64,000 nt of DNA from Chrysomallon squamiferum. Taxonomy: Eukaryota > Animalia > Mollusca. Shown piece after piece: positions 1 through 14,000 of the stretch. The stretch is taken from NCBI GenBank assembly GCA_012295275.1, contig CM022672.1:28644001-28708000 (forward strand), in the 5' to 3' direction. The notes below the pieces were generated by a model that searched no databases, was not told the DNA's origin, and saw only the letters and a program-made list of their open reading frames with translations. The stretch's first letter is position 1. Each line of letters starts with the position of its first letter. The position numbers and the translations under genes were made by a program.

Positions 1-1642
1 AACAATGGAGTGGAAATTAAATGTCACTTTGATAAGATTTAAGAAGTGACTTTAGAAACGATTTTTTTAAGGACATATTTGTATTTGGGAATGGACATTA
101 TGAAGCAAATGTCAAACCAAAGAGGAGACTGAATAAGGAAATTGGTACTGTGTGGCCTACTATGTTATTATTTATTATGTATGTAGTATATTTTGAAGCA
201 GATTTCAAAATTTTAAACAGATTTTTGAGCAGGGGGCCTCCTCCAAAGTCTGTAACTTACATTTTGCTGAGAAGTAATGTGACTAAATAATTTTGATGAT
301 TTATTAACCAAGGTAAAGGCACAGTAAGGTTCTGATATCATTTCAGCCCAGATTTCATCACTTAAATTGTAATTTATACTTAAATCAACATCTTAGGAAA
401 AGAATGATAATTTTGCTCACCACACAGAATTTAAGTTGAGGAAAATCAACGTAAGCAGATGGTTTCTCAGAGGTGAACCAGCTTCAGCAGCCAAGACTTA
501 TCCAGGTTGGAAGTATTGCTATATTTTGCCTCCATTTTGTTCATTGAACATGTAACATTTTATATCTGTTATATATAATTTTTATTGAAAGAGATCATGA
601 GACCATCTGTATGAATAGCTGCAAAAATGCATTGTTTTACTGTTGTGATTGACAATAAAAATAGTTCTTTTAAACTTGTATACAAATTAAATGAATTGAG
701 ATGGACACCATAAATGACAAAACCTCACTTCGCCCTCATATGTCACATATTTTTCTAGCCTAGCTTGAACCGTGCTTATTGCAGGGTTCAGCAGAAAACA
801 TCCTCTAGTTGGTGTAGTTAGTTGTTTTAAGCTTCAATTCCACTATCTTCTAAGAAATGAAATATTGCTTTCTGGTGATTATATTTGTAAAAGTGATCTG
901 TTGCTTGGAAATAGTCAAGAGTTCTTGCCAAAGTTTTTTTTCATCAAGGATTTCTACCACATTAGCAAAGCAGACACATTTGTATCAGATATAAGAATAA
1001 AGCTAAGAGATTGAACTTTAATTTTGTCAACTTTATTTGTAGTAAGAAATCTCATGGAGTTATCTTTGTAAGCGTAATAAGCAGTGTATGGACAATGTTT
1101 GCAGTACACAATTGTAGATTCATAACAAGATGACCACTATTTGTTACACGTTTAAGAGATAGAAACTGAAACACAGAGCAAATCAAGCATTCAGATGCCA
1201 GTAAAAATAGGTAAAAACAATTTTGTGGACCATCAGAAAGCTTTGGAGTACCTAACTAGCAGACATTTTTGACATGTTAATACTGTGTAATGCTAAAACC
1301 AATTTTAATAACAATCAAGATTAATTAATAAAACTACATAAAATAAATATCACATAAATTGATACTTGATCAGTCTTTGAATATAGAGTGGGTTTTTTTG
1401 GTTGGTTTGTTTGTTTGTTTTTGTTCCAGGTCAAACTTAACTGAACCAATAACTGTGAAGAAAATAAAGCATTTCATTGAAATGCCAAAAACATGTTATC
1501 CAGTTTCATGTTTATGCCATATTTTTCAGCTGATGACCATGTTAATTAGCAACAGAAATCTGTAAATGTACACTTCAAAACAAAACATATCAAATAGTAA
1601 ATTAGTTTTGTTTTCACTGTGGTTATTGATAATTATTAACTA

Positions 1643-2411
1643 CTGTATATACTTGTGTACAAGGCGACCTTATGTATAAGTCGATGTGTATTTTAAGACC
1701 AAAAATTGCATCATTTTAGGTATTACTTGTGTATAAGTTGACTGTAGATTCCAGGCACCGTCACTATTTTTAGACCAGTGTGACAGTGCCATGAAGGCCT
1801 ACATTGTACGCCTACTGTAACATAACTTGCACGAACATATCATAATAATGTAAATGCATGTATTACACAAGCTATAGCCTAAATGTATCATAAATAGTAT
1901 CTCTTTAATGTAATAGGTCTAACATGGAGACCTAACTTACCGTTATATTTAGTCGATTTGATGGTAGTGGATATTAATGACGATTGCAATATTATTTCAC
2001 CAAATTCTTTACAATTACACAAGTGAGTTTTGTTTATGAAATTAGGACCGATATTTAGTGCAGAGAAGTCTGCATTCCTAGATCATTGCAAGACGCCGCA
2101 AGGCATAATGCCGTACTGACGGTTTTCTCGCTTTAAAATGTATTTTTATGTCATTAAACGGAAGAATATCATGTTTTACATTCATATTTGGTTTCGTTAT
2201 TTAATTTTTCAAAATTTTTTATACGATAAAATTATATTTTTGAAAAGCTGAAAGACCGCGATTATTTTAGATGCATCCCGTAGCAAAAAATAGTCAAAAT
2301 GGCGACTCTTCAACAACAGCTACAAAAGCATTACCTATGTATAAGTCGACCCCCAAAATATTACCTTAATATAGTCTTCCAAAAATTCGACTTATAAACA
2401 AGTATATACGG
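1643..2411. mobile_element. Non-autonomous Tc1/mariner-superfamily element (Tc2/pogo-type MITE)
   Basis: Termini CTGTATATACTTGTGTACAAGGCGA and TCGACTTATAAACAAGTATATACGG are near reverse complements. TA lies on both sides (1641-1642, 2412-2413). The GTATAAGTCGAC-like motif recurs internally. No transposase ORF. Confidence 0.8.
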
Positions 2412-3481
2412 TATATTTCACTTTCATAAAATAAATAACAAACCTGGTTTAAGGCATACTCATGGCAAATAATATTGAGATATTGTACATATAGCACATT
2501 GTTGCTTAATATTAGTGTTTTTATTTGATAGATATTGGTGGATGCACCAAATATAGATTATGATAATGTACATATTTCAGGTGACTGTTTAATCTGTTTT
2601 GTGAATAATGTAGAAAATTAAAAATAATGTCGTTTGAACAAGACATAGATTTTATTTTGAAAATGTAAATTCAGTACAGTGTTACACCAAAGATTCTCCT
2701 ATTACACAATTCATAATTTAGTATTCACAAAACAATGTATTATTTGTTGTTGTTGTGGTTTGTTGGTTTAAAAAGAAAAGAAAAAAAAAAGAAGACTTTT
2801 ATACTCAGAATGTTTTTGTAATGACTACCAATGGTATTTACTTAATGATTTCATAACTAAAGTGACCTTATAAAATATCAAAGCAAATTTTGGATTTTTC
2901 ATTTTTTCTGACCATTGATATTCTTATTTTGAAGAGGTTTATAAAATTTTAAACAGATTTTTGCTAAAATTAACCTCTATTAACTGATGTAAAAAAATGT
3001 ATTAATGAGAATAGACAGTTACTTTTAATTTAAAAATATAGGGAAAAACAAATATAGAGGTAAATGAACTGTAGGCACATGTTTTTAATAAATCTTTGAA
3101 GTGTGTTGATGAATGATAGTGAAAGTAATCTGGATAGTGACTGTAATATAAGTGTCTGTTAACCTACAATCCTGTCTGTTGATGTTGATGTATATACCTG
3201 TTTCATTTAGCTGTAAAGCTACTAAATTGCTATTATTATAAACTTCCAGGAGATTTCTTTTTAAATTCTAATTTTCTAATTCATATCATACTTTCATTTA
3301 GATACTGTAATCTGATCTAGAGGTTCAGTTTACATTATTTATATTAAAGAACCAAAATTGTTGTAAATTTGGTGTTCATTGACTAGATTATATTAATACT
3401 TGTGTTGAAATCATCTTAGAGTTTGCTAGATCATACTTTTTTGTATTCTGGTGCATTGTTATTTATGAATGTTTACATCAG

Positions 3482-6443
3482 GTTGGTGAAGCCAGGGCTT
3501 TGTACAACTTGGGAAATGTTTATCATGCTAAAGGAAAACACATAGGAAGAACTGGCCATCAGGACCCAGGAGAGTTTCCTCCTGAAGTTAAAGAATGTCT
3601 GCAAAAAGCTGCTCAGTACTATGAGTAAGTAATGTCCAGTCAAATTTTAATGGCCTTTAACCATGCCTTTCATAATAAATTTAAAATGTATTTTAAATAT
3701 ATTTTGAGTATTTCAGTTGTTTTCTTTGCTAAAAATAGTGTTATGATAATAAATGTACAACAGGCACAAGATTGGACATTTTAGAATGTAGAAATATAAA
3801 ACAGTTCAAATATATATATGGAATGCTTGTCAGTTACAGTGATTCATTATCAATTATAAAGAGATAGGCATTATGATGTTTTCCTATATTATTAGCATCA
3901 ACTGGTCATTAGTATAATGAAATTTGTTAATAAAAACAGTATATATGTACTATCCAGGAGTTCCTATAAACATACTTTCTCAGCATTTGATAAACTATTT
4001 GTGGAATACCCAAGTAAGTAGTCCAGATGAAATATAACAGGAGCCTGTTACAAACCGTGTCTCCAGTGTGACAAACTCCAGTCCACTAATAAAACAACCC
4101 TCACAGGATTTGGCTTTCATGATTAAATAAACAAAGCCACTTTTTCACTTGATTACTTTTTAGTTGGTAAACTGAGATTACTAGTTAGTTTAATGGTATA
4201 ACATGAGAATTAAAGAATTCCAATTAGTTGTGTTATTTTACCCGCATTGATTTTGTTATAAAAATCAAATATTCAGACTAATTAATGAATTCACTATGAA
4301 CTATCAAAGTTGGATTAAATCAACTAATGTTATAGAATATAAAAAAACAAACAATCTGAAGAACAAAAACAACATAATAATTTTATCATTATTGAATTCT
4401 TTTGGAACATAAATATTATTTTATAATATCTAAGATTATGGTACCTGTTTTTAAATGCATTCATGGTTTAAAATTTTAAAATAACCATTTTAGAAATGTT
4501 TGTATTTTTTGTTAATAGAAATAGATAATGTTTACTGTCTGAATTTCTTTACTTAATCTAACACAGAAATACTATATATATACTATAACTTACAATAGAA
4601 TTATAATTATAATTTGGGTTTTTTTACAGAGAAAATTTGAAAATTGTTCGTAACCTTGGTGACCGTGCGGCCCAAGGTCGTGCTTGCGGCAATTTAGGCA
4701 ATACGCATTATCTTCTGGGTAATTTCAGCCATGCCATACTCTATCATGAAGAGGTTAGTGCTTTCAGATTCAAATATTAATTAGGTGTATATGTGCATGA
4801 ATGTGAATATTTTATTAATTAAATAAGATGTCGTGTTTGTGTTTGTTTGTGTGGTTTTTTTTTGTATGTGTGACAGTTTTGGTATATACTTGAATTCTAA
4901 TGAATTTAATAAAGAAATATTTTGAATACAATTTGCATGAAATTAAGAATATTTTTCATATTACAGAGATTAGCAATAGCAAAGGAGTTTGGTGACAAAG
5001 CAGCAGAGCGAAGAGCATACACTAATCTTGGCAATGCTCACATCTTCCTCGGCGAGTTTGAGGTGGCTGCTGAACAGTACAAGTGCGTTTAATTATTTGT
5101 ACTTTTTAAAAATTTATTTAGTTCTCTCTCTCTCTTTTTTTTTTTTTTTTTTTAATTTGCCAGCTGATATACTTTATTTTTGTATATATATAAGTGTGTT
5201 ATTTGATCACATCTTTTCAAAGTAGATTCTTTTTTTTTTTTTAATTTCTCAGTTTATTCCAAAGGGAAATTTAGCTTCATTCGTGGAATTTATATTGCTT
5301 GGTTTTCAACTGATATTATTTAATTTTAAGGATAAACATTTGGTGCTGAACTTGTTTAATAATACAAATATGTTTTCCAGTATATCAGTTCTAAAAGACA
5401 GATAATTGTTTTAGTTAGTTGTCATCTTTTAGAAAAGAACGTACATTTGTTTTTTCAAAAAATAATATTTTTTGTCTTGGGAAATTAAAATGGTCAATAG
5501 AATATATGTATTATATTTTTGTTCTAACATAGTACAGATATTACTGGGTTTTCGTTTTATTTTTAATATATACATATTGGTTTTTTAATTTGTTTTATCG
5601 AAAGTTAAATAATTTTATCTCCAGAAAAAGTTTACAGATAGCTAAACAGTTGGAAGACCAAGCATTGGAGGCTCAAGCATGTTACAGTTTGGGTAACACG
5701 TACACATTACTGCGAGATTATGACAAAGCCATCGAATACCATATGAGACATCTTAGAATAGCTCAGCAACTTCATGACAGGGTTGGAGAAGGTCGAGCAT
5801 GTTGGAGTCTTGGTAATGCTCATCTAGCTCTGGGAAACCATGAAACAGCTCTGCAGTTTGCTAAACTGCATCTGGAAATTTCTCAAGAAGTACGACATGA
5901 CTAAAAGTTTAAAATTATTTAAATAGTTCTCATACAGACAGATAATAATTATTTTTTAAACAGTGTAATTTCAGTATAGATAAAGATTAGAATGGTTTTC
6001 TGGATTTTTCATTTGTTTTCAGTAAAATCATTGAAATCAGTTATAAAATAAATTAAATGAACTGTTATTTTTTTTAGTGATTTAAAGGTCAATTTTAATT
6101 ATCTCTGGAAAACATTTTGAGACAGTTTCTTGTAACTAAAAGATAACATCATGAAAATATATCTGTAACTTAGAGTGTTACACTTGTTTTCAGATTGGGG
6201 ATGAAACGGGACAGCTTACAGCTCAGATGACACTAGCAGATATAAAAACGACTCTAGGAATGCCGGACAATGTTAAAGAAAGAGTAGATACAAGCAGGTT
6301 GGCATAATCAGAATTAAGAAAAATAATTTATGTTAAATTCTCATCTATAAATCTCTTTGATATATTAGATTTATTAATGTTTTAAAACTGATCATGTTTT
6401 TTTTAACATTTATTCAGAAGGAAAAGAGTATGAAGATTTGCAA

Positions 6444-6476
<33 letters not shown>

Positions 6477-9400
6477 AAACAAATTGGGTTTACACTTAGA
6501 TTCTTATGAAGGAAAAAAGAAATAAAAATTTTGAATAAAATTTGATTCAAATTAAAAATAATATGTATTCCGTTTTAATTCAGTACAACAGACCAGAAGG
6601 AAGTTGAAAAAGGCACAGATGTTGTAGATGTTGGTATCAGTAAGTAATAAATTTTTTACGTGTGTTTGTGTGTGTGTGTGTGTGTATGTGTGTCTGTGTT
6701 TTGTTGTTGTTTTTATGTCTTCATTTTTTTTCTTCACTATAATAACTGATTGAGATAACTTAGTGTTTTTGCAAAGATATCACCAATAGATTGGTTCTGT
6801 TACTAATTATTTTGTAAACCTTCACATTGCAGGTCGACCTAATAGAGGACGAAGATTAAGTATGGAAAATATGGAACTTATGAAATTAACACCAGATAAA
6901 CAAAAGGTAATTATTTTGATAACACTGATTCTTTCTTAACATCAAAAACACTTTATACACATTAAATATTTTAATCTCTAACAAATAAATTTAAATATAA
7001 TGTACTACTGACAAAAATAATTAGATTATAAAATTTGGTACTTCACGATTTTAATGTTTACATATTATGGAAACTTGAAGTTATATTTTTAGTGGGTTTT
7101 TTCTCTCTGTGACACGTTTTATAAAATATATATTAATTTACAGTCTTAAATTATTTGGTTAAATGCAGACCTGAGGCTTGATAAATACATTTTAATTCCT
7201 GTCAGTTTTCTTGGATTGTTATCAAAGTCCATGTGGTATATGTTTGTGGTTGTGTGTGTGTCTCAAATCTATGCAACGGTAAATAACTTCTTTCCTGTAT
7301 ATTATAGTCCAGTAGAATTATGAAAAACCGAGAACAAATTGCAATAGCATTTTCTTCTGACGGTTTCTATGACTATCCATACCAAATTTGGATAAAATCA
7401 GGCCACCTTCTAAATGGTCTGTCCTAGACCCTATGAATGTATTATTGGCAGAGAATAAAGTGACATCACGGAGCCACAATATATTTTCAGAATGTTTGTG
7501 TGATATCACAAACAACAGACATTACATAACTGACAAGAATTACATAATGTATGCAGACACAATATCATGGAGAGTATGAACTAAGATTAGTTTTTATTTT
7601 TCCTGTTCCTTATATCAGCCATTTACAGGCTATAACTCATGGCTTCAATACATTTGTACCATATGCAGTGCCAAACCATCTGAAGGGTAAAAGGGTTGTT
7701 TGTATATGGTTTTACTTCCCCAGATATCTTAAAACACTTGTTCCGATTCTCCATGGTCAGTGTACAGAGCAACATAAGCTTTGTTACTACAATGAACCTC
7801 TGCAACCTGTGCATGAATTGGAACTTTTAGTTCCATTTTTGTGGCATAGTATATAACAGACTCCCTTGCACTGGCATTATATACAGGCTGCAAATCCATC
7901 TTTCTGGATTGTTGATGACTGTCTGGCAACTGCCAGCCCCAGTCCCATGCATTCATAAATTCTGAACCCATCCAGACTGAAAAAACACATTTGTATCATA
8001 TCCTCCACTGGCAGGGGTTGCTTGCAATAGGCTCCACAACTCCTTTTCTAACTGCTGGCTGAGGTATACAGTCTACTTTTCAATTCCTGACAGATTTCCT
8101 TTCTTGTTGAAGGAACAGCCCTTTGCTATCATCATTCCAGAAGAAACAGAGTATCACAAATAGATCTGTATCTTTGCTTAGTAGGTGGCTGCAAACAGAA
8201 TACTTAACAGTGGTTTTTCACTATCAAGAAATCAGCATTTCTATCTGCACTTAAAGTTTCAGTATCTTTGACCTTCATCAAACAGATGAAACATTTCTTG
8301 TTTTCTCTATTTGCCAAAAACTATTCCTTTTTTGACTTCAGGGGCAATTTGGGTAAAAATGATTCTGATTTTGAAGGAACTCATAGACATAACCATCACA
8401 TTTTTTGGGTGTCATCCATGACACATTCAAATTTAAGTGTCCACATTAAGACCTGCTCGATTACAAGTCCGTGTGGTAACCCCAAAATTGTCAGTCATTC
8501 AAATGATCAATTTTCTAGACAAAAACTGTTTTTAAACATAATTGTTTGTCTTCTCCAAGCTGACTTTCTCTGTCACAAGAGACTTGGTATAGTGGGATTG
8601 TCCAGCAGAAAAGCAAGATTTGGAAATATCTTTTTCATATATGATGAGAAGGGTAGGTACACCAATTCTTCAGGGTCTTGCATTCTGCATAATACATTGA
8701 CCAGTTGTGGGAACTTAAAAAAGAAAGGAAAATTGCCAAGAAAAAAGGGATTCAGGCAATGTTTGACATGTCAAAGTCTTTAAAAATCAGATTTAGTCAG
8801 TTCAGCAGAGGTTGTAATGAGCCTATGATTTTCACCATTATCACAACACACAGTCTGCTTTCAAAACTGAATGGCACTCAATCTACCTCCACTAAACTTG
8901 TGACTGACGTATTGGACACCCCCGATTTAGAAGATAATTGTCTTCAGACTGCTCTCTAGTGGCCATTTTTTCTGAAATTGATATGGATGTTCAGAGTGAT
9001 CCTCTAAACCAGAAGCAACAATAAAAATGTTTTGGGTTAAGTCATTTTTTTTTACATATTTTTACTGGACTAATTAATATAAAAAAAAATTACTAATTGT
9101 GTATAGGAAACAGATGATGATATATTATTAAACATCATTCACTCATTATTTTTTTCCTGCAGAATAGCAAAAGCCAGAAAGGTGCTGGAGCTCGTCCAAA
9201 AGTCCAGAAGTCTGCAACCCTTACTACAGAAATGGAATACCCACGACATGAGGAGAATTCAACATCTTCTAGAATAACTCATGCCTCTAGTTCAGCAGGA
9301 AATCAAAAGGTCTGAATTCTAATGAAGATATTTGTAGGAAGTCATTGTTATCTTGAAAGAATGGTGGCTTTCGATTGCTTTATTTGATGTACATTTGTAA

Positions 9401-11038
9401 TGATTAAAATATGATTATTTTCAAAAAATATTGATTATGATCCTTCTTTAATTTCAGCTGTTCTGTAATTTAATTATATAATTAAAAGAAAAATTAAGAG
9501 GAAAAAATTATTATGGTTGTGTATTTTATATATAATTACTGTAGCTCCTAAATCTTTATTCACATTTAAACTCATATACATAGTTGTTTTTTCTACCAGA
9601 GTGATGAAGAAGATGACAGTTTCTTTGATTTGCTCAGTCGGTTTCAGAGTCGACGTATTGATGATCAGAGATGTTCTATCAGACTGGCAGAGAATGGCAG
9701 CCTCACCAAATTCCAGGAAAAATCTTCAAAACAGAATGTTGCTTCTCAAGGTAGATTATTCTTGTGCAGAAGAAAATTAAAATGTTACTTGGCTAAATTG
9801 AAATAGAATACAAGTGTATAAAATAATTTCATAAGTGATTACAAAATACATAGATTTAAAACAAAACAAAAAAAAAAAAAAAAAAAAAAAAAAAACATTT
9901 AAAATGAAACAAAGTAAAGGTAAAGATAAAATTCAAAAATTGAAATTATTTCAAAAACCTAATATTTCATGGTTGATGCTGTTTTTTAACCAAGATCTGT
10001 TATTAAGACAAATGAGCTGCAGTCAATGAAGATGTCTAATTTTATTCATTACATCCTCTACTCTGTATGTGTTGTGTGTGTGTATATTTTTCCAAAATAT
10101 ATGTATAAATTCCAAAAGCAGAAAAATTCAAAATTGGAGAAGCTAATAATAAGGTTAATTGCTATTGCTGCTATTTTATTATTATTATAACTGTTATTAA
10201 TTTGGTTGTTATTTTCAACTGCAGTTGCCTCCCCAGGTGCAGATGACTTTCTAGATATGGTTGCAGGAATTCAAGGGTCACGTATGAATGATCAGAGAGC
10301 AGAACTGGCCACATTTCCTGGTCTAAGTTCTCAGTCAGTGATCGGTCAGCTGCTGCAACAGAAAACAGATGAAAGCGTGCCAGACGATAGTTTTTTTGAA
10401 ATGTTAATGAGATGTCAGGTGATATAAATGGCATTTTCTTGTAAAACTATTTTCTAGGTGTATTCTTGTGAAATAAAATTCCTTTTCTTTACAACACGTA
10501 TAATTTCCGGCATAAAGCTATGTAGTGGTTACAAAAATAACTTAAATTTGAATAAACTCAGTAAAAAGAACTCCTAACAACATGATGATCTTTATAATTA
10601 ATATTTTAATATGTAGTGTAAGGGGAAAACTAATTGCTTTGCATGATTTGATTAATATGAATAAGAGTATATGTTATTTAAAATAATTATTCATTAAATT
10701 ATCAAAAACTGCCATTTTCACACCAAACAAAAAAGTAAATCACTTGGATTCAGTTCATAAGCATTGTTATTTATTTTAATTTCTCTCAGTATAAGAAGAA
10801 ATGACTAAATTTAAAAATGAATTTTTTTAAACAGGGAACAAGGTTAGAAGATCAGAGAAGTGCTTTGCCGCAAATACCACCAGCACCAACTGTCCCTGAT
10901 GAAGATTTTTTCAAACTGATCCAAAAAGTACAGTCAAGTAGATTAGAGGAACAAAGAACTACAATGCCTAAAGATCAGGTTTCAACAGGAAGCATCAAAA
11001 AATCTACAAATTCTTCAGGGAAAAAGAAAAAGAAATAA
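3482..11038 (+). CDS. GPSM2: G-protein-signalling modulator (Pins/LGN/AGS3 family), 3' part. Predicted exons 3482-3624, 4630-4753, 4967-5082, 5625-5889, 6194-6297, 6584-6639, 6833-6906, 9163-9309, 9600-9750, 10225-10418, 10835-11038. Earlier exons not identified here, presumably upstream of the window
   Basis: GT-AG exons join in frame. They give TPR repeats (VGEARALYNLGNVYHAKG, AQGRACGNLGNTHYLLGNF, AERRAYTNLGNAHIFLGEF, EAQACYSLGNTYTLLRDY), the linker RRLSMENMELMKLTP and four GoLoco motifs (FFDLLSRFQSRRIDDQR, FLDMVAGIQGSRMNDQR, FFEMLMRCQGTRLEDQR, FFKLIQKVQSSRLEEQR). Stop at 11036-11038. GPSM1 versus GPSM2 cannot be resolved in an invertebrate. Confidence 0.93.
6445..6474. repeat. (TG)n microsatellite
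   Basis: Direct reading. Confidence 0.95.
7305..9072 (-). mobile_element. Decayed, internally deleted Academ-like DNA transposon in a GPSM intron
   Basis: TIR TAGTCCAGTA...TACTGGACTA with ATTA duplicated on both flanks (7301-7304, 9073-9076). Broken minus-strand peptides KKE*FLANRENKKCFI, ADRNADFLIV, SKDTDLFVILCF and WDWGW resemble the nuclease-like region of Academ proteins. Confidence 0.7.
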
Positions 11039-14000
11039 AAAGTAAAAAGATACCATAGTTTTCAAGTGAGGGACATGTTAAAAGATTATTAAATATGTAG
11101 CAGAAGAAACCAATGAGAAGTTTGTGCCTGGGAAATAGATTTGCTCATTGAATTTTAACTTTAGTAGCTTGGTATCAAAAGCTTTAAGTACAGGGTAGCA
11201 GCAAGAGACAGAGAGAAAGCAAGAAATATTATATGCTGCTGCTGTGGTGACACAGTGGAGTCTTCTAGCCTAAGAAATGGAACTCTAATACAGACATCTT
11301 TCTGCTTTTGCAGTTTGATCAGAGACTGATAGTGTCATAAACATAACACTGTGCTCCTCCATCAGCTCTGATGAACTTCATTTGAAAATAAAACAATGTG
11401 CTGCATTTTAGAACAAGCATCCATTTCTTGAAATAACAAGTGATATTTTTATGTTGTCTTGATAAAATATTTTTACATCCTGATTGTTAAATAAATTAAT
11501 GCAGCTTATATCAGTAATCTACCAGATATTAAAAGCCATGTAAATAAAAATAAAAAATATCTTATTAGTAGATAATCAAAATAAAGTATTGTCAATATTA
11601 GAATTAATTCTACTATGAATGAATCAGATAATACTAGTAACTTAATGGAATGCTCAGGCCATACTTAGGCATATGTAACAAAATTTAGTACAATGTATAC
11701 AATAAACAAGAAAAGTATGTTGGTATATTTATTTAAGATGGTTGTACATAATGTCCCTTACAAAATTGATGCTGCCATTTTCTTCTCTTTTTTTTTCTTA
11801 CATATATTGTATATAGACTGCCACACATTTTGTCACATAGTGTAAAATGATCACAAGAGTAACAGAACCACTTCCAAGGAAGCTGTTGTTGGCTGTTTGT
11901 AAAAAGGACACCAGTGTCTGCTTGCATTGACAAAAATGGTCTTTAATAATTGCTACACAATGATTTCATCTTTCTGACATTGGTCTGAGCATTCCATTAA
12001 TGTGTTAATACAAAAAACTACAAAAAACCCACAAAGTCCTGTAGCAGGTGATATTTATTTATGATTCAAATAATGTGTCAGTATGAATAACAAATTAAAT
12101 ATTTCCATTCATATTCAACATAATAACTGGTGAGAAATCATGCATTTAAAATTTTTAGGAATTTTTGTTTTATAGGATGGTTGTTCTTTCTTTTTTACAT
12201 TTTATAAAATTCATTCAAATTTATTTTATTTTTTTCTTATTTTAATGCACTTCAAAATCCTTCATTCCGTCTATGGTTTATAAACATTACCTATTTTTTG
12301 TTTACAAAGTCCCATTAAATTATCTGAGTTGTAAGTTAATGATAAAAAGTAAACAACGACATGAGTTACATATTTAAAAATAAATTTCTTTTAAAATGTT
12401 CAGCAACTTGTAAAGAAAATTGTAAATTATTTCAATTCATTTTGATACTAACCTTTCTGTTTAAGCTCTAATAGGATATATTTTTCAATAAATAAATTGA
12501 AAAATATGCTTTTCTGAATAATATTATACCCATCTTCATCATTTATTTATTGTACTTCATAATCTTAAATTTTTTTATTTATTTTGGGGGGGGGTGTTTT
12601 TTTTTATTATTATCCATTTAAAATTTAAATTTTCTAACTGAATACTTTTTTCAAAGGTTCATTTGTATTAGCTTTTGTTTATGAAAAAAGAAAAAACAGA
12701 ATATCAATATTTAATATCAAGAGAAAAAAAAGTTTTTTTTTTTTTTTTTACCATATTCTAAATGATAAAGAATTTTGCTTTTATATTAACATTTCACCAA
12801 AATTCTTTAATCTTTACTGTATAGGTTTATCAGAAACATAGATTTATATGATTTAGTAAGCTGTCTGTGAGGCTCAGTGTAAATAGTTAGCAGTCTTGAT
12901 CAAGCAACAGATTAAACAATTTTAGTGGAAAACATTAAGACACCATTTGGAATATTCCTTCATATTGTATCATAATAAGTTTAAAGACAACATATGTAAT
13001 AACTGAAATATTCAGAATTTCACTGGTATCAGGTGTGTTACACTGGTGTTTAATGACAAAGGTTTTATCAATCATGATTCAAAATAATTCAGACTGGATG
13101 TTGTAGTTAAGTATATAAAATTTACATGCAACTTGAAGTTAACCGAGTTGGGGGAAAGCAGTGGAGTCTCATTATTTGTTAATGTGCATCAGATTTTGTG
13201 AACAGCAGAATCTATACATGTATCTCTTTCAGTTTTAATTTAAAAAACGTTTGTCAATCTCAGCTTATTTTTTCTATTTTGCTTGTTCTGATCATGAAGT
13301 ACATAATTATTGTTCTAGGTAAAAATGTTTGTTCAGAATAGGTACTACAAAATTTTGACTCGTACATTACAATTAGATTTTCATCCGAATTTTTTTTAAT
13401 TGGCATTGTGAAAATGAACTCTAAACCTTGCCGTTTACTAAGAATGCATTCTGTGATACGGTTTCACACATGTAATTTCATGTATGTATAGCTTCTATGA
13501 AATGACCGATTAGCAAAATTAGTTGAAATAATAAATGATTTTTTTCACCAATTATTATTATTATTATAATAATACTAAGTATTATGTACTTAATTTCTTT
13601 CCTGTATTAAAACAAATTGTTTTCATAACACTCCTTTACAATTCACTATCATTATTTCATATCTTATGGTTTTTTATCCTCACACTGTGGACTTGTAAAT
13701 ATATGTACATCTCAGATGAAGTCTTTTGCATGTAAAGCCACAAAGATAACATATGGGTCTTCACATGCCTTGGTCACCTTTCAGTCATATTCAAGTCTGC
13801 AGATAATCTGAAGTCATGGTATAGGTTAAGAAAAATTAATATGAAACTAGAAAAATGCCTTCTTTTTTTTTTTGATCCATTTGTACACACAAATTCACCA
13901 AATCTGATTCCTGAGTCAGTTTGGAAACATTGTTACATAATTATTTTAAATGTAAATGTTTTATTGAAAAAAAGTTTTAATAAAAATGAAATGGTATTTT

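Noticed and set aside
8268-8783. 171-aa + strand ORF
   Set aside because: Antisense to the decayed Academ-like transposase, with no recognisable features.
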